The translations under genes were made by a program, and so were the position numbers. Shown here in pieces: positions 26,121 to 37,495 of a stretch of DNA of 64,000 nt. Where the stretch lies: the NCBI RefSeq assembly GCF_041146345.1, contig NW_027191417.1, positions 1,178,001-1,242,000 on the forward strand, read 5' to 3'. This DNA is from Neodothiora populina (taxonomy: Eukaryota). Position 1 is the stretch's first letter. Every line of letters begins with the position of its first letter. The notes beneath the pieces are model-generated. The model was not told where the DNA came from. It did not search any database and worked only from the letters and a program-made list of their open reading frames with translations.

Positions 26121-28020
26121 ATGGCCGACGCAGAAGACAAGGAGAAAGCAGAGAAGCTGGCCGCGGCCAAGAAGCGTGTATGTTACCCAATACTGACCAG
26201 ACCCATTCACCACTAGCGACGTTACTGATTGAGCCATCATCACAGTTCGAGCAACTCAAGAAACAGCAGAAGAAGGGCAAGAAGGGCGCCAAGAGCAAGG
26301 AAGAGAAGAGCGAGGATGCAGCAGCCAAGGAGGAAAAGGAAGAAGCAGCAGCTCCTGCAGAGCCAACTGAAGCATCAGAAGCCCCAGAAGCTACCCCTGA
26401 GACGACGGCAGACATAGTTGCTTCTCCCACCGAGGAGGAGCCCCCGACTTCGACCTCGCCGTCTCCTTCGTCACAGCGACCAGGCCACGCGCGCAAGGAG
26501 TCGCAGAGTGCCCAGTCGCGTCAACGCTCCGAATCCTTCAGGCAAGCATCTATATCGTCTCCTGCGCAGTTGAAGTCTCCGGGTCTACCCTCAATCAGTG
26601 CCGAAGACGAGGTGCAAGACATCTATCGCAAGCAGCATGCTCGTATAGAAGAGCTCGAGAAGGACAACAAGGCTTTGAAAGGGGCAGAGCTCGAGCACAT
26701 GACAAAACTCCAGAAGGCCGACGAGGAGATTGAGAAGCTGAGGGAGAGCAATGCTGAGATTGCCGAGTTCAAGTCGAGGGCTGCAGTTGCAGACGAAAAG
26801 ACGAAAGAGGTCGAGAAACTGGTATGCGCTTGTTCAGCATGCCCTCCCTTCACTGATCTAGACAACTAACAATGCAACAGAACGCCGAAGTCACGTCGCT
26901 ACAACGACAATGCACACAAGCACAACAAGCTGCCAACGAGAAACGACGGAAATCAAACGCCAGCCCGTCGCGCGAGGTTCAGGAGCAGCTGTCGCAAAAG
27001 ACGTCTACCATCGAGTCATTAGAACTCGAACTATCCAATCTGCGCAATCAGTATCACATCTCTCAATCCACAAACGAAGCGTCTCAGGTCACCATCACCG
27101 AGTTGGAGCAACGAGTTCAGTCCGCAGAGGCTGCATCCGAAGCCGCAAAGCAAGAAGTGGAAACACTCAAAGATTCGCTCTCCAAGACGGCCGAAGAGAG
27201 CAAAGACAAGACACCCGACGAAGATCCAGCAGCACTGCAACAGCGTATCGCCGTGCTCGAATCTGATCTGCGCACTGCCCAGAACAGCGCCACGGAAGCC
27301 GCCCAGCGCGCAACGAGTCTGGAGCAAAAGATCGACGCCTTGACCAAATTACACAAGGACGCCACCGCCACATCTAGCTCGCAAGAAAAAGAACTCTCAG
27401 AGCTCAAGAGCAACATCACCAGCCTACAGACCAAAAAGTCGCCAAAGCCCGACGACGCCGAGGAGTCGTTGTCGGACCTGGAAGACGAGGAGCGCGAGAA
27501 GATGGTGAATCGCATCCGCGAGCTCGAGGCCGAGAACTTTGACCTCAAGCGCGGTATCTGGCGCGAGACGAGACAAGCGTTGCAGCCAGGCCTGGAAGAC
27601 GACGGCGGCGCCACCAGTCCCGGATACGAGGACATCGACCTCAATGGCTCGAATCCCTACGCCTCCGTCACTGCAGCAGCAGCGCGAGCCGGCATGCCCG
27701 GCAGACAAGGCAGCTCCTTCCAAGACGTCCTGCAGTCCGGCATTTCCGCATTTACAGGCAAAGACCGACGCATGTCCGTCACGGGAGAAAAGTCATCAGG
27801 AAGATCCCGAGGCCAATCACTCGGCCTGCTCTCAGAAGATGGGTTCGATGAAGACGCCTTCAGAGAAGCGCAAGAGGAAGAGGGCAAACGCAGGATCGAG
27901 CGCATCAAGGAAGTCAAGCGCGGCCTGGATCAGTGGAGGGGCTGGAGAGTCGATCTCGTGGATATGCGTCAGGGCGGGCTCGGCGGGAATGCGTGGACTG
28001 GACCCGTCTTTGATGTATGA
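26121..28020 (+). CDS. long coiled-coil protein, probable Bug1/GM130-like golgin
   Basis: MADAEDKEKAEKLAAAKKR|FEQLKKQQKK, extended heptads and C-terminal WRGWRVDLVD...GPVFDV; introns about 26177-26245 and 26822-26880. Confidence 0.75.
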
Positions 28021-28399
28021 ACGAACGAATGCACGACGACACGCGGAGGAAGAAGAAAACGCCATGCGACGCATCACTGAGACGTTGCGCAGATAGAAAC
28101 TTGGTCGTCGACTAGTACTCCTAGCAGACGAAAACAATACATAATATTGCTTTCCATTCTCGCCCTTCCGTCCCTTATACATCTTGACAGCATTCAGCTG
28201 CCTTTCTGCCACCGTCTGCCGAGACCACGGTTCCCTGCTACCCACTAAACGCCAGCTCCAGCACAGTCCATTCCCGCCAGGAAGCCAAGGCTATCGGTCA
28301 TCTCTTGAAGTGAGAGTAGATAGTCCTGCGCGGACAGCGCCACTGCGTGGGGCCTTTCCTTTCTCTGCTCTCCGACCGCGGCTATTCTTTCTCTCTATC

Positions 28400-28446
28400 A
28401 TGTCAGTCTATGGCATGTCTGTCTATGGCATGACTCCTCTGGCATA
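28400..28446 (+). repeat. short degenerate tandem repeat of about 15 bp (ATGTCWGTCTATGGC)
   Basis: atgtcagtctatggc atgtctgtctatggc atgactcctctggc at. Confidence 0.6.
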
Positions 28447-28788
28447 GCTCCCTCTGTTGTGCTGTATCTCCTTCTGTCATCCCTAACCATCTTCGCGTCT
28501 GTTTCTGGCCTCGTATACTAAAATGTGATATCACTTGCGTGAAATGAAAGGGACAAACCTTGGATGAGATGAAGATGAGACTGTAGAGATGTGAAAAGAC
28601 GAGAGTAGAGCAAATCTTGTATCGGTGTTGTGCTGGGTGAGGCAGAGGGGAGTGCTACTGGCACGTCATGTATATTTAGATAGGAAAACAGGGAAGGCGG
28701 GAAGCAAGGTGGAAGATTGGAGCTATGCTGAGTGTTCAAGGAAACCAACCGGACCTAAAGCTCCAGGCTTTGCGCTCCTTGGAATTCA

Positions 28789-29571
28789 TCAAGCTGGAAC
28801 TGACGACATATAAGTACTCAACGACCTTCCCCTAGCTAAAAGCAGTCGCTCAGCCTCCTTGACAGCGTAAGAGTTCGCCCCAGCAACCGCGTGAAAAGAA
28901 GCCGAAATCTGCCTCGCAAGCGGATCCTCCAGCTCCCACCCCATATACTCAGCCCTCTGCAACTGCAACGCCCTCCCGTACCAAAGCAGCCCATGCAGAC
29001 CGGTAAAATCACCCAGCGTCGTGGCGTCGTACTCGCACTTCCACAGCGTCTCGAGCTCGGCCCGGTGGTCCTGCGTCAGCCAGTGACCGAGCCCGTAATG
29101 CGCCGCGACGACCTCGTACGCTTTCGTCTTGTAGGCGATGACGCCCCAGAAGTCGTCGCGCAGGCCCGCGAGCACCGCGGACACGGCGTGCCGGCTGCCC
29201 GTGTGTGCGGTGTATACGCCTTCGTCTTCGAGGATTTGCGTGTAATCTTGGAAGGCGCGCGTGAATTCGGAGGTTCGGTAGATGCGCGCTGTTTCGTCTG
29301 CGGTGGGGAGCTCGAAGAATGGGGCCAGGGTGGGCTTGAGGTCTAGAAGGCGCAATTGGTGGGCTTGTGTGAATTTGGGACTTATCAACATGGCTGGGAG
29401 CTTGGGTGGTGCGTCTGGATGGGTGTCGTTTGAACGAGTCCCTGGGGCCGTGATCATGGTGGCTCCTTTGTGCTCTGATGGGTTTGAGGTCCCTTTGGTC
29501 CTGTCTTTCTTCTTTTCGTACTTCTTCCTGGCGCGCTTCGCCTTGCGACTGACGTCCTCATTTCCAGACAT
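28789..29571 (-). CDS. hypothetical protein with a basic NLS-like N-terminus
   Basis: Open frame of about 260 aa with coding-like GC3; RKAKRARKKYEKKK; no family recognised. Confidence 0.6.
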   Translation of the reverse strand: MSGNEDVSRKAKRARKKYEKKKDRTKGTSNPSEHKGATMITAPGTRSNDTHPDAPPKLPAMLISPKFTQAHQLRLLDLKPTLAPFFELPTADETARIYRTSEFTRAFQDYTQILEDEGVYTAHTGSRHAVSAVLAGLRDDFWGVIAYKTKAYEVVAAHYGLGHWLTQDHRAELETLWKCEYDATTLGDFTGLHGLLWYGRALQLQRAEYMGWELEDPLARQISASFHAVAGANSYAVKEAERLLLARGRSLSTYMSSVPA

Positions 29572-30641
29572 GTTGGAGAGCTTTTGAGTGATAGGACACA
29601 CTTATTGATCTTCTGTGGTAACGCTCAAGCGTGACTAGGATGGTAGGTTTTGATATGTGTGAGGCCAAGGGAAAAATTGTGGAACATCAAATCGCATACA
29701 GAAGCAGGATAAGTGTCCGAGAGCAGGATGCAAGGGCAGACACGCAGAGCTGAGCGAATGTGAATAGAATGCAAGATATACAGGGTGAGTGAGGCTGGAT
29801 GGTAGATGTCTTTGACGACGATATAGTACTACATCCACCCTGGGTACCTGTTCTGTAGAACCGCCACAACCAGGGTTTCTTGTGATGCTGAATGATCAAG
29901 AGGTAAAGAACAAACAAAAGTCAAGGAGCAGATGGGCATTGACAACCGAGTGCTTCAATCTGTGTAATGCCACAAGAGCTGTACTTACTCTTAGCTAAAT
30001 CTGCCAGGACAAACCGTTCATTGTTTGAGCTCCGCTATTCTGATTCAAGTCTTTATCGGTAACTGCTCATTCTACCCTCTTTGCATCTGTATTCCCTGGT
30101 ATGAGCAAAATCCACTACACTTACAGGAAGGACACATATGCGACTGCATCATAGGACCTAAATGTTAGCAAGCTAAATACCCTTTTCCATACTTGTTGGA
30201 TTGAGAAGCTACAAGAAGTCCTTGAAGTCTCTGTCAAACAATCACAATCCTGTATCATGACTTTGGAATAAGTCGAGATTCATCACCTCAGGATGATCCT
30301 CAGTGTCTCGAGCAGCGCCGGTTGGGGTGAGAGGGTATGCAGTGATGGATAACAGCGGCCACACTTGACGATCAGGCACATCGCGACCTTATATGTCCTA
30401 TGCTTGACATCTTGCTTTTGCTCAAATCGAAAGACAATGAACGTAGTCTTGACCAGTCCTGTTCGCGAATTTGGAGGTTCTGGATAGACGCAAGACAGAC
30501 GTCCCATCCCCACAAAATAGCAGAACTCAGACTCGATCCTGCAAAATCGCCTATTTAAAAATCCTTAGTCAGCGTACTTACGCTTTTGCTCAACCACCAA
30601 TATACATAAATTGATCCCACAGCAAATAATCATCTCTTAGA

Positions 30642-32000
30642 ATGGTCCAAGGAAAAACTGCTAGGAAGCCAGCTCCGAAGCCGGCACGATCAAAGATCAC
30701 AGTACGAGAAAACAAAACTTCGGCATCCCAAACAGACGATCAATTGCCGTTTGATCTTCAGCAAGTTCTCCTTAATATCTTTCAAGATGCTTGCGTTGCT
30801 GGTCAACTTGCTGAAGTCGAGTCAAATCTCCAAGAGGTCAAAGGACATTTGTACAATCGTGATTTTGCAGCTGCATTTGGCAAAGAATCCTACTTGAAAG
30901 CCTATGCTGCAAGATGGAGTCCAAGCAGAGCCTTGGGATATGCTCACGTCTTTCGTGACATCGAACGTCACATTCTAGAGTCTGTCCCGGCTCCATTACA
31001 TGCGGGCAATCTTGTCGACTCTTCAATATCAAGGGACACTAGCAAGGTTTATGTTGCTGCTACGAGTCCGACTCCTGAGGATGACCGCAGAACAGTGGCA
31101 ACAGTGACTGCAGATCTTGCTCGTACGACAGTCGCAGAGACAACTTCAAGTGAGCAGAACAGCCTCATATCAGGCTCTCCAGAAGGCGGCAATGATGATG
31201 GCAAATTGTCCGATCACGTAGCACACAGCAACGTCCAGTCTACCGACAACAATCATGCATCCACAAAAGCCTCCTCCGCGTACAAGATCGCATGTATAGG
31301 CGGAGGCGCTGGTGCAGAGATTGTGGGATTGGCTGGCTGGCTCAAAGCATCGAGATCCAACAATTCTCCGCAAGCACAAACATCTGTGCCAAAGTTTCCA
31401 AGCGCAATCGAGATCTTATGCCAGGACATTGCCGACTGGGACGCGGTCGTTCAAGGCCTATATGATTGCTGTGTCGTACCGCCGAAGCTGTCCAAGCACG
31501 CCTCACCCGCAGCAATTGCCGCAAACGTTGCAGTGCAATCATCTGCAGACTTCAATGTTCGTTTCCAGCGACACGATGTTCTGAATCTAGATACAAAAAC
31601 TATGAGGCTACTCTACTCAGACACAGACCTTGTGACGATCATGTTCACGCTCAATGAGCTTTATTCGGCATCCATACCAAAGGCACAGCGTTTACTCCAC
31701 AATCTTACTTCTTGCATGAAGCCAGGTGCCTTATTACTAGTTGTCGATAGCCCAGGAAGCTATTCTGCTGTCGCAATCAATGGCGCCGAGAAGAAATATC
31801 CTATGCAATGGCTACTTGATCACACCTTGTTGCCCGCTGCTGGCATCAAGGGTGATGCGGTGTCTGTTACGCGATGGGAAAAACTCGTTGGAGATGACTC
31901 AAGATGGTTCCGACTACAGGAAGGACTCAATTATCCCATCGATCTGGAGAACATGCGTTATCAAGTCCATCTTTACCGTCGATGTGGTAATTCAACATGA
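30642..32000 (+). CDS. BMT6: 25S rRNA (uridine-N3)-methyltransferase, Bmt6/DUF3115 family
   Basis: QEVKGHLYNRDF, AYAARWSPSRALGY, SAM-binding CIGGGAGAE, MFTLNELY, LVVDSPGSYS, LENMRYQ. Confidence 0.85.
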   Translation: MVQGKTARKPAPKPARSKITVRENKTSASQTDDQLPFDLQQVLLNIFQDACVAGQLAEVESNLQEVKGHLYNRDFAAAFGKESYLKAYAARWSPSRALGYAHVFRDIERHILESVPAPLHAGNLVDSSISRDTSKVYVAATSPTPEDDRRTVATVTADLARTTVAETTSSEQNSLISGSPEGGNDDGKLSDHVAHSNVQSTDNNHASTKASSAYKIACIGGGAGAEIVGLAGWLKASRSNNSPQAQTSVPKFPSAIEILCQDIADWDAVVQGLYDCCVVPPKLSKHASPAAIAANVAVQSSADFNVRFQRHDVLNLDTKTMRLLYSDTDLVTIMFTLNELYSASIPKAQRLLHNLTSCMKPGALLLVVDSPGSYSAVAINGAEKKYPMQWLLDHTLLPAAGIKGDAVSVTRWEKLVGDDSRWFRLQEGLNYPIDLENMRYQVHLYRRCGNST

Positions 32001-33476
32001 AGTCAGAGGCATTGCGATTTTTACCGGCCATCCCGAGAGTGCTGGGAAACGACATGACGCATGAATGTATTGAAAGAGACTTGTGGTGTGGTTCCTTGGG
32101 AAACGCATAATCAAAGACGACTTCTCGGATTTTGTTATGAGTGGGCAAGAAGGTCCATATATTTGGTCTCATGATATCAAGCAAGCGCATGTCCCCGAAG
32201 CCGAATTTTGGACTCGCGAACGGCTTATTGGGAGCATTTCGTTTGCGTGCGCGAGGGACGCGGGGTGGCCTCTCGTGAGGAACGTGGCCAGCTAAGCAGC
32301 ATCCTAGATGAGATACTTGAACCAAGCGTTGTTCAAGCAGCGGCGACCTCAGCGCAAGCACTAAGCAAACTCCAGCACCATCAACGCTGCTTACGGGATG
32401 TAGACTATGCATGACAACATTACAGACAATAGCATGGCTGTCTAGCTTGTCTACAGGATCAAGATCTCTGTTTGCATGCGGCAGCATTTGCCAGACATCA
32501 TAGCATTACAACCTCAGAGCCTTACAATAGTCCACAGATGAGGTGGGGTGGAACTGCATTCTAGCGTGTATCTTGTCTCACGTAATCACACAGGCTTCAT
32601 TCCGCTCTTATGGCAATACAGATGCAGTGCAATTGAGTATTGCTAAAAAGGGGGTGTTTTCGATATGATATACATACTGTAGGTCGATCGTATGGAATGT
32701 CAAAATATCTTGAAATTATGGTTACTAACCATCACCCGTACCTATAATTGGGAAGGTTCAGAGACCCCTTTTTCCATTTTCTGGTATCGAGACTTGGCCT
32801 GCGTCAGTGTTTCGTATCCAGATCCAGAATAGCCGAGGCTGGTGAAGTACATGCGACGACGACGAGATGGTAGCAAATCTCCTGTGGCCGAGGATGTAGG
32901 CAGACGGTGTAAGTAAAGCGATCAGATCTGAGAGGATGTACTCCGTAAGTGCTGACCATTTCTGCAGCAGCTATCTGGTCTGCAATGCGCGTTCGGTGTC
33001 AATTTATTTACTGTTGCCCGGGCCCCTGCTTTGCGCAAATCGAACCCTGCGCCCGGCTGGGCACTTGTCAAAAGATGGAACTTAAAAAACCCATCGACCG
33101 GTTGAAGTGTCTAACAACGAAGATCTGGGGGCTCTCCTCCGTGCCAGCGCAAGTGCACTAGGAACGGTTCGACCTTCTCGTGCCGAGCAATGAGGAAGGA
33201 CTAAGGTAAAGAAGAGTGTCCCCGTGCTGTATATGGCCTGTCGGTCGCTGTAAGTAAGTTCTGCTAGACAAACTCCAAGGTTGTCTCGTGTTTCCTCATC
33301 AGTTAACCGTTCTTTTTCGTCGTTGCCACCACCTCTGCTCTCCTACAACTGCTATCTTATTCCAGTGCATACCATTCGTTTTTTCTTTCTTGATTCGTCA
33401 ATCTCTTACATACTAATATCCTTCCGTAATTATTGTATCATTGCGCGGTAACACACGGAGCAATTGATCGACCGCG

Positions 33477-35633
33477 ATGCGACCACAGTATGTTGCCCTG
33501 GTCGCATCTTTCCTGGACTCGGTGGCTTCAGCAAGCACTCCCGATGTAGCAGTCAATGATCTCGAAGTTCCAACGATAGCACGGAGAGCGGATAGCGGCA
33601 GCGCCAGCAGCACAGTGCTACCGACCCCAATCAGTGTCGAGCCATCGCAATACTGGGAGGGCAATGATGGGCTATGGTCAGTGGACGGAAAAAACAAGCA
33701 AGATTTGTAACGCGCAGCAATACTGAGAGATATCCAGGTCGACTTTCCCACTTCAGGTGGGCACACCGAAGCAGAATATACGAGTCATGGTCTCGACAGC
33801 CGGCTTCAACACTTGGACGATCAATGCGAAAACAGGATGTTCGAATGGAACAATAGTTGGATGTGAAGACAGCCGTGGACAGCCTTTTTACACAAACGAG
33901 TCACTCACGTGGGTGCCAAATTCAATCTGGGACTTGGGATTGGAGATCAATCTGGATCTGGATGATGCTGCCGACTATGGATTCGATACAGTGACCCTGG
34001 GCTGGCAAGGTTCCGGACTACCTACGGCAGAACACATGGTCATTGCCAATCTTGGATTTAACACGTTCTGGTATGGCATTTTTGGCCTTAATCCCACACC
34101 CACAAACTTCTCGACCCTCAACGATCCGCAGCCGAGTTTCATGCAGACGATGAAGAACAACAATACCATTCCTAGCTTATCTTGGGCCTATACCGCTGGA
34201 AACCAATACCGTGAGCTTCATGTTAAGGGTGTTTGAGTATGGTGGATTACTGATGTCATGCAGGCTTCTCCGGTGTATTTGGCAGTCTGACACTTGGTGG
34301 TTACGACCAATCCAAGTTCACGCCAACGAATGTTACCATTCCACTCGGAGCTGATATCTCTCGCGACCTCTTGATTGGCGTGCAATCTATCTCGACGCAA
34401 TCGTCGTCTTCGTCGGATGTACTCACAAGTACATCTGGTGGATTTTATGCGTTCATCGACAGCACATTACCTTATCTGTGGCTCCCCGAGTCCGTATGTC
34501 AGGCTTTCGAGGACGTATTTGGACTGGTCTGGGACGACGAGACGGAGCTTTATCTCGTGAACGATACGCTTCACGACGACCTTCTAGCTCGAGATGCCAA
34601 CGTTACTTTCACTCTCGGAGAGTCCGCGTCTGGTGGCGAGACTGTCGAAGTAGTGCTCCCATACGCGGCTTTCGACCTCGAAGTTTCCTATCCAATCGTG
34701 GTGGGAAACAGCACCCACTACTTCCCTCTGAAGCGCGCAGCCAACTCGACCCAGTACACTCTTGGGAGGACTTTTCTGCAAGAGGCATACGTGATTGCGG
34801 ACTATGAGCGTCGCAACTTCACTGTTGCGCCATGCGCATGGGAGGAAAATCCGATAGCTGACATCAAGACCATCTTATCTCCGGATTCCGAGGCCGCACA
34901 ATCTGGTGACAGCAACAGTGGTGGCGGCATCAGTGGCGGCGCAATCGCGGGAATCGTCATCGGAGTCATCGGAGGTCTCGCTCTCGTAGCAGCAGCGATC
35001 TGGTTCTTCATGCGCAAGCGGCGTACGGAGAAACAGAAGCTTGCGGAGCTGGAAAGCAAGAACGCCACTCTCGCCGCAGGATCGAGCGGTTACACTCGTG
35101 GCGGGATGACCGTCAGCGACACCAATAGCAGCAGCAGTGACACGGCATTCGCAGGGGACAGCGCGAGCAAGCCATTCATCTCGCAATCTCTAGGCCAAGA
35201 ACTCGGCGGCGACGGCGAGATCCACGAAATGCAAGCGGTGCAGAAGCCGCAAGCGTCCGAAATGGAAGGCCAGCAACCATACGAGTACTACGGGCCCGAC
35301 GGCCAGCCCAAACTCGGCGTGCCGGGCTCAGCAGTCGACAGCACAGGCACATGGTCGGGATCCGGCACGGGCACATACACGGGCACGGGAACGGGAACGT
35401 GGCAGAGTCACCTCAGCGAGGTCGAGGGCAACAACGAGCCGATTTACGAAATGATGGGCAGCGAGGTGCATGAGATGCCGGACTCGCGACGACAGAGCTG
35501 GGCCGAGGGCGAGGAGGGCACGTTGGCGAATAATCCGCATTCGAGGCCCACGCTGCCGCCGAGTTACGTCGTGGGCGGCAATACCCTCGATAATCATGGC
35601 TACCCGCGAGACGAGAAGAGTGGGCAGCACTAA
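33477..35633 (+). CDS. pepsin-fold (A1) aspartic-protease-like type I membrane protein, probably catalytically impaired
   Basis: Signal peptide; DGLWSTFPLQVGTPKQ; VSTAG and IDST at the two catalytic positions; LGRTFLQEAYVIADYER; TM GAIAGIVIGVIGGLALVAAAIWFF; introns 33677-33737 and 34211-34263. Confidence 0.88.
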
Positions 35634-36143
35634 TGTTTTTCCTTTTTCTATTCTTTGGTATGCGACGACTCGGACTTCTCGAGATCTGCAAAGGGGGTAT
35701 TTGCTTTCGTTGTTGGACAAACAGTTTGGCGTCTTGGTAAGATATCATGGGATCAAAGCGACTACATTTTCACTGCATATGCAACTAGATAAATACTACG
35801 CCCGCTTGTATATGTCACACAATTATAATCACATTCTATGTTCAGTATACACAAGGCGCGTAACATGGTTACTTCACGGGACAAGGGAAGTGTGGCGGTA
35901 AAAGACTCGGATTTTGTCAAGTTACGAACAAGAGGGTATCTAAATTTCGCGTCCGGCCAATTATCTCGCCATTGAGGATGATTGAACGAAAACTTTTCAC
36001 AAGACACGCATTGCTCTTGTCTTTTTTGTCCCTTTCTTCCTTTTCAATTAAGAAGAGAAAAAAAAGAGTATCTCAAGAGATGCTGTGCGACATGTAGAGG
36101 TGGTTCCATCTCCATTCCATCTAATTTCTCAAGAAGGAGAAAT

Positions 36144-36675
36144 TTACTCCTCGTCCTCGTCGTCGTTGTCGCCGACGACGTTGTAGAAGCGGAGCTCGTA
36201 GACACCCTTGGAGGTGCTGACGACACGGAGCCAGTCACGGAGCTGCTGCTTCTTGAGGAACTTCTTGGTCAGGTACTTGAGGTAGCGACCGGAGAACTCC
36301 TGGTGGGCGACGACCTCGATGCGACCGTCCTTGAGGTCGTTGACGAGGATCTTCTCGCCGAGGTTGCCGGTGAGGCCCTCGACCTTGATGCGCGACTGCA
36401 GGAAGGTGGTGAAGGCGAAGGGGTCGAAGATCTTGTCGTTGGTGGGCTGCTGGGCGTTGATGATGTACTTCTTGGTGATCTTCTGGCTCTTCTTGGCACC
36501 AGCGGCCTGAGGTTTCTTCTATAACATGATTTTGTCTCAGCCTACTGTTCTTATGCTATTTGTGTGCAGCCAGCAGAAGAAAAGGACATTTCTGTCTTTT
36601 GCTCGAGGCGCAAGAAAAAGCGGACAGCAAAGCGGGTGGATTTTTTTCGATTCAACGTACAGTTCCCTGAACCAT
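36144..36675 (-). CDS. RPL22: 60S ribosomal protein eL22
   Basis: Exon 1 MVQGT (36661-36675), intron 36519-36660, then KKYIINAQQPTNDKIFD...FSGRYLKYLTKKFLKKQQLRDWLRVVS...YELRFYNV and an acidic tail. Confidence 0.97.
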
Positions 36676-37495
36676 TTTGATGGAGTTTTTTTTGTTTGGA
36701 GGAGGAGGAGTTTCTGGTGAATAAGGTCGCAAAGAAATGTGTATCCTACGCCTGGAAATGATCTTTGTCTTTCAAAGGGAGGAAAAGTTGAAGAATTCGG
36801 CGCACGGTGGAGACTTTGTGTGAAGATTCGATCTCTTGGCGTCGGTTGCTGCCGCTGCAGCGTGTGTTCTCAATTATTCGCATGATTTCTCACGTCCACG
36901 TAGCGAGTCAGAGAGACTGCCTGTTGTAACCTGACTACAGTACCTCTCGCAACACTGTACAGTATCTTACTCTGACACTCTGTTGTATCTTACTCCCCCC
37001 AAATATACTTGCTTTATCTTCGTCAACGTGTGCTTCCTTCTTTCTACTTAGCTCTCTGGAGCTACTGCTCATATGAAAAGCACGGCACGTGTTTCTTTTC
37101 TTTGTGGCAGCTACTGTACATGCAATTTGCCTCAACAAGCGCTAAATCTAATGTGAGTAGACACTTGCACGCAACGATATACAGTAAGGGCCCATCACAA
37201 GTAGTAAGTCCTTGCTATCAGCAAAGATCCTCTTATCCATAGTCTACGATTCTTTTACCACAACTGCTTGAACCTCCTTCGCACCAGTTGCATCGAATTA
37301 TATTCATTCTGCTGCTTCAATTTTACACTTTACGATCATCTAGGGACAAACCGATCGGCAGACTTTCCACATTTCCCCACATGTTCCCCCCCAACTCCAA
37401 ATAATGTAATGGTCAGCAATCATTGCCTGTTTACATCATGCAAGTAAATGTAACATAAACCCACCAAAAGTGCATTTGTTCGCCAAAAGTAAAGA

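Noticed and set aside
31927..32487. 186-aa minus-strand ORF with an F-box-like-looking FLPTHNKIREVVFDYAF
   Set aside because: Poor motif match, overlap with the BMT6 3' end and no credible gene model.
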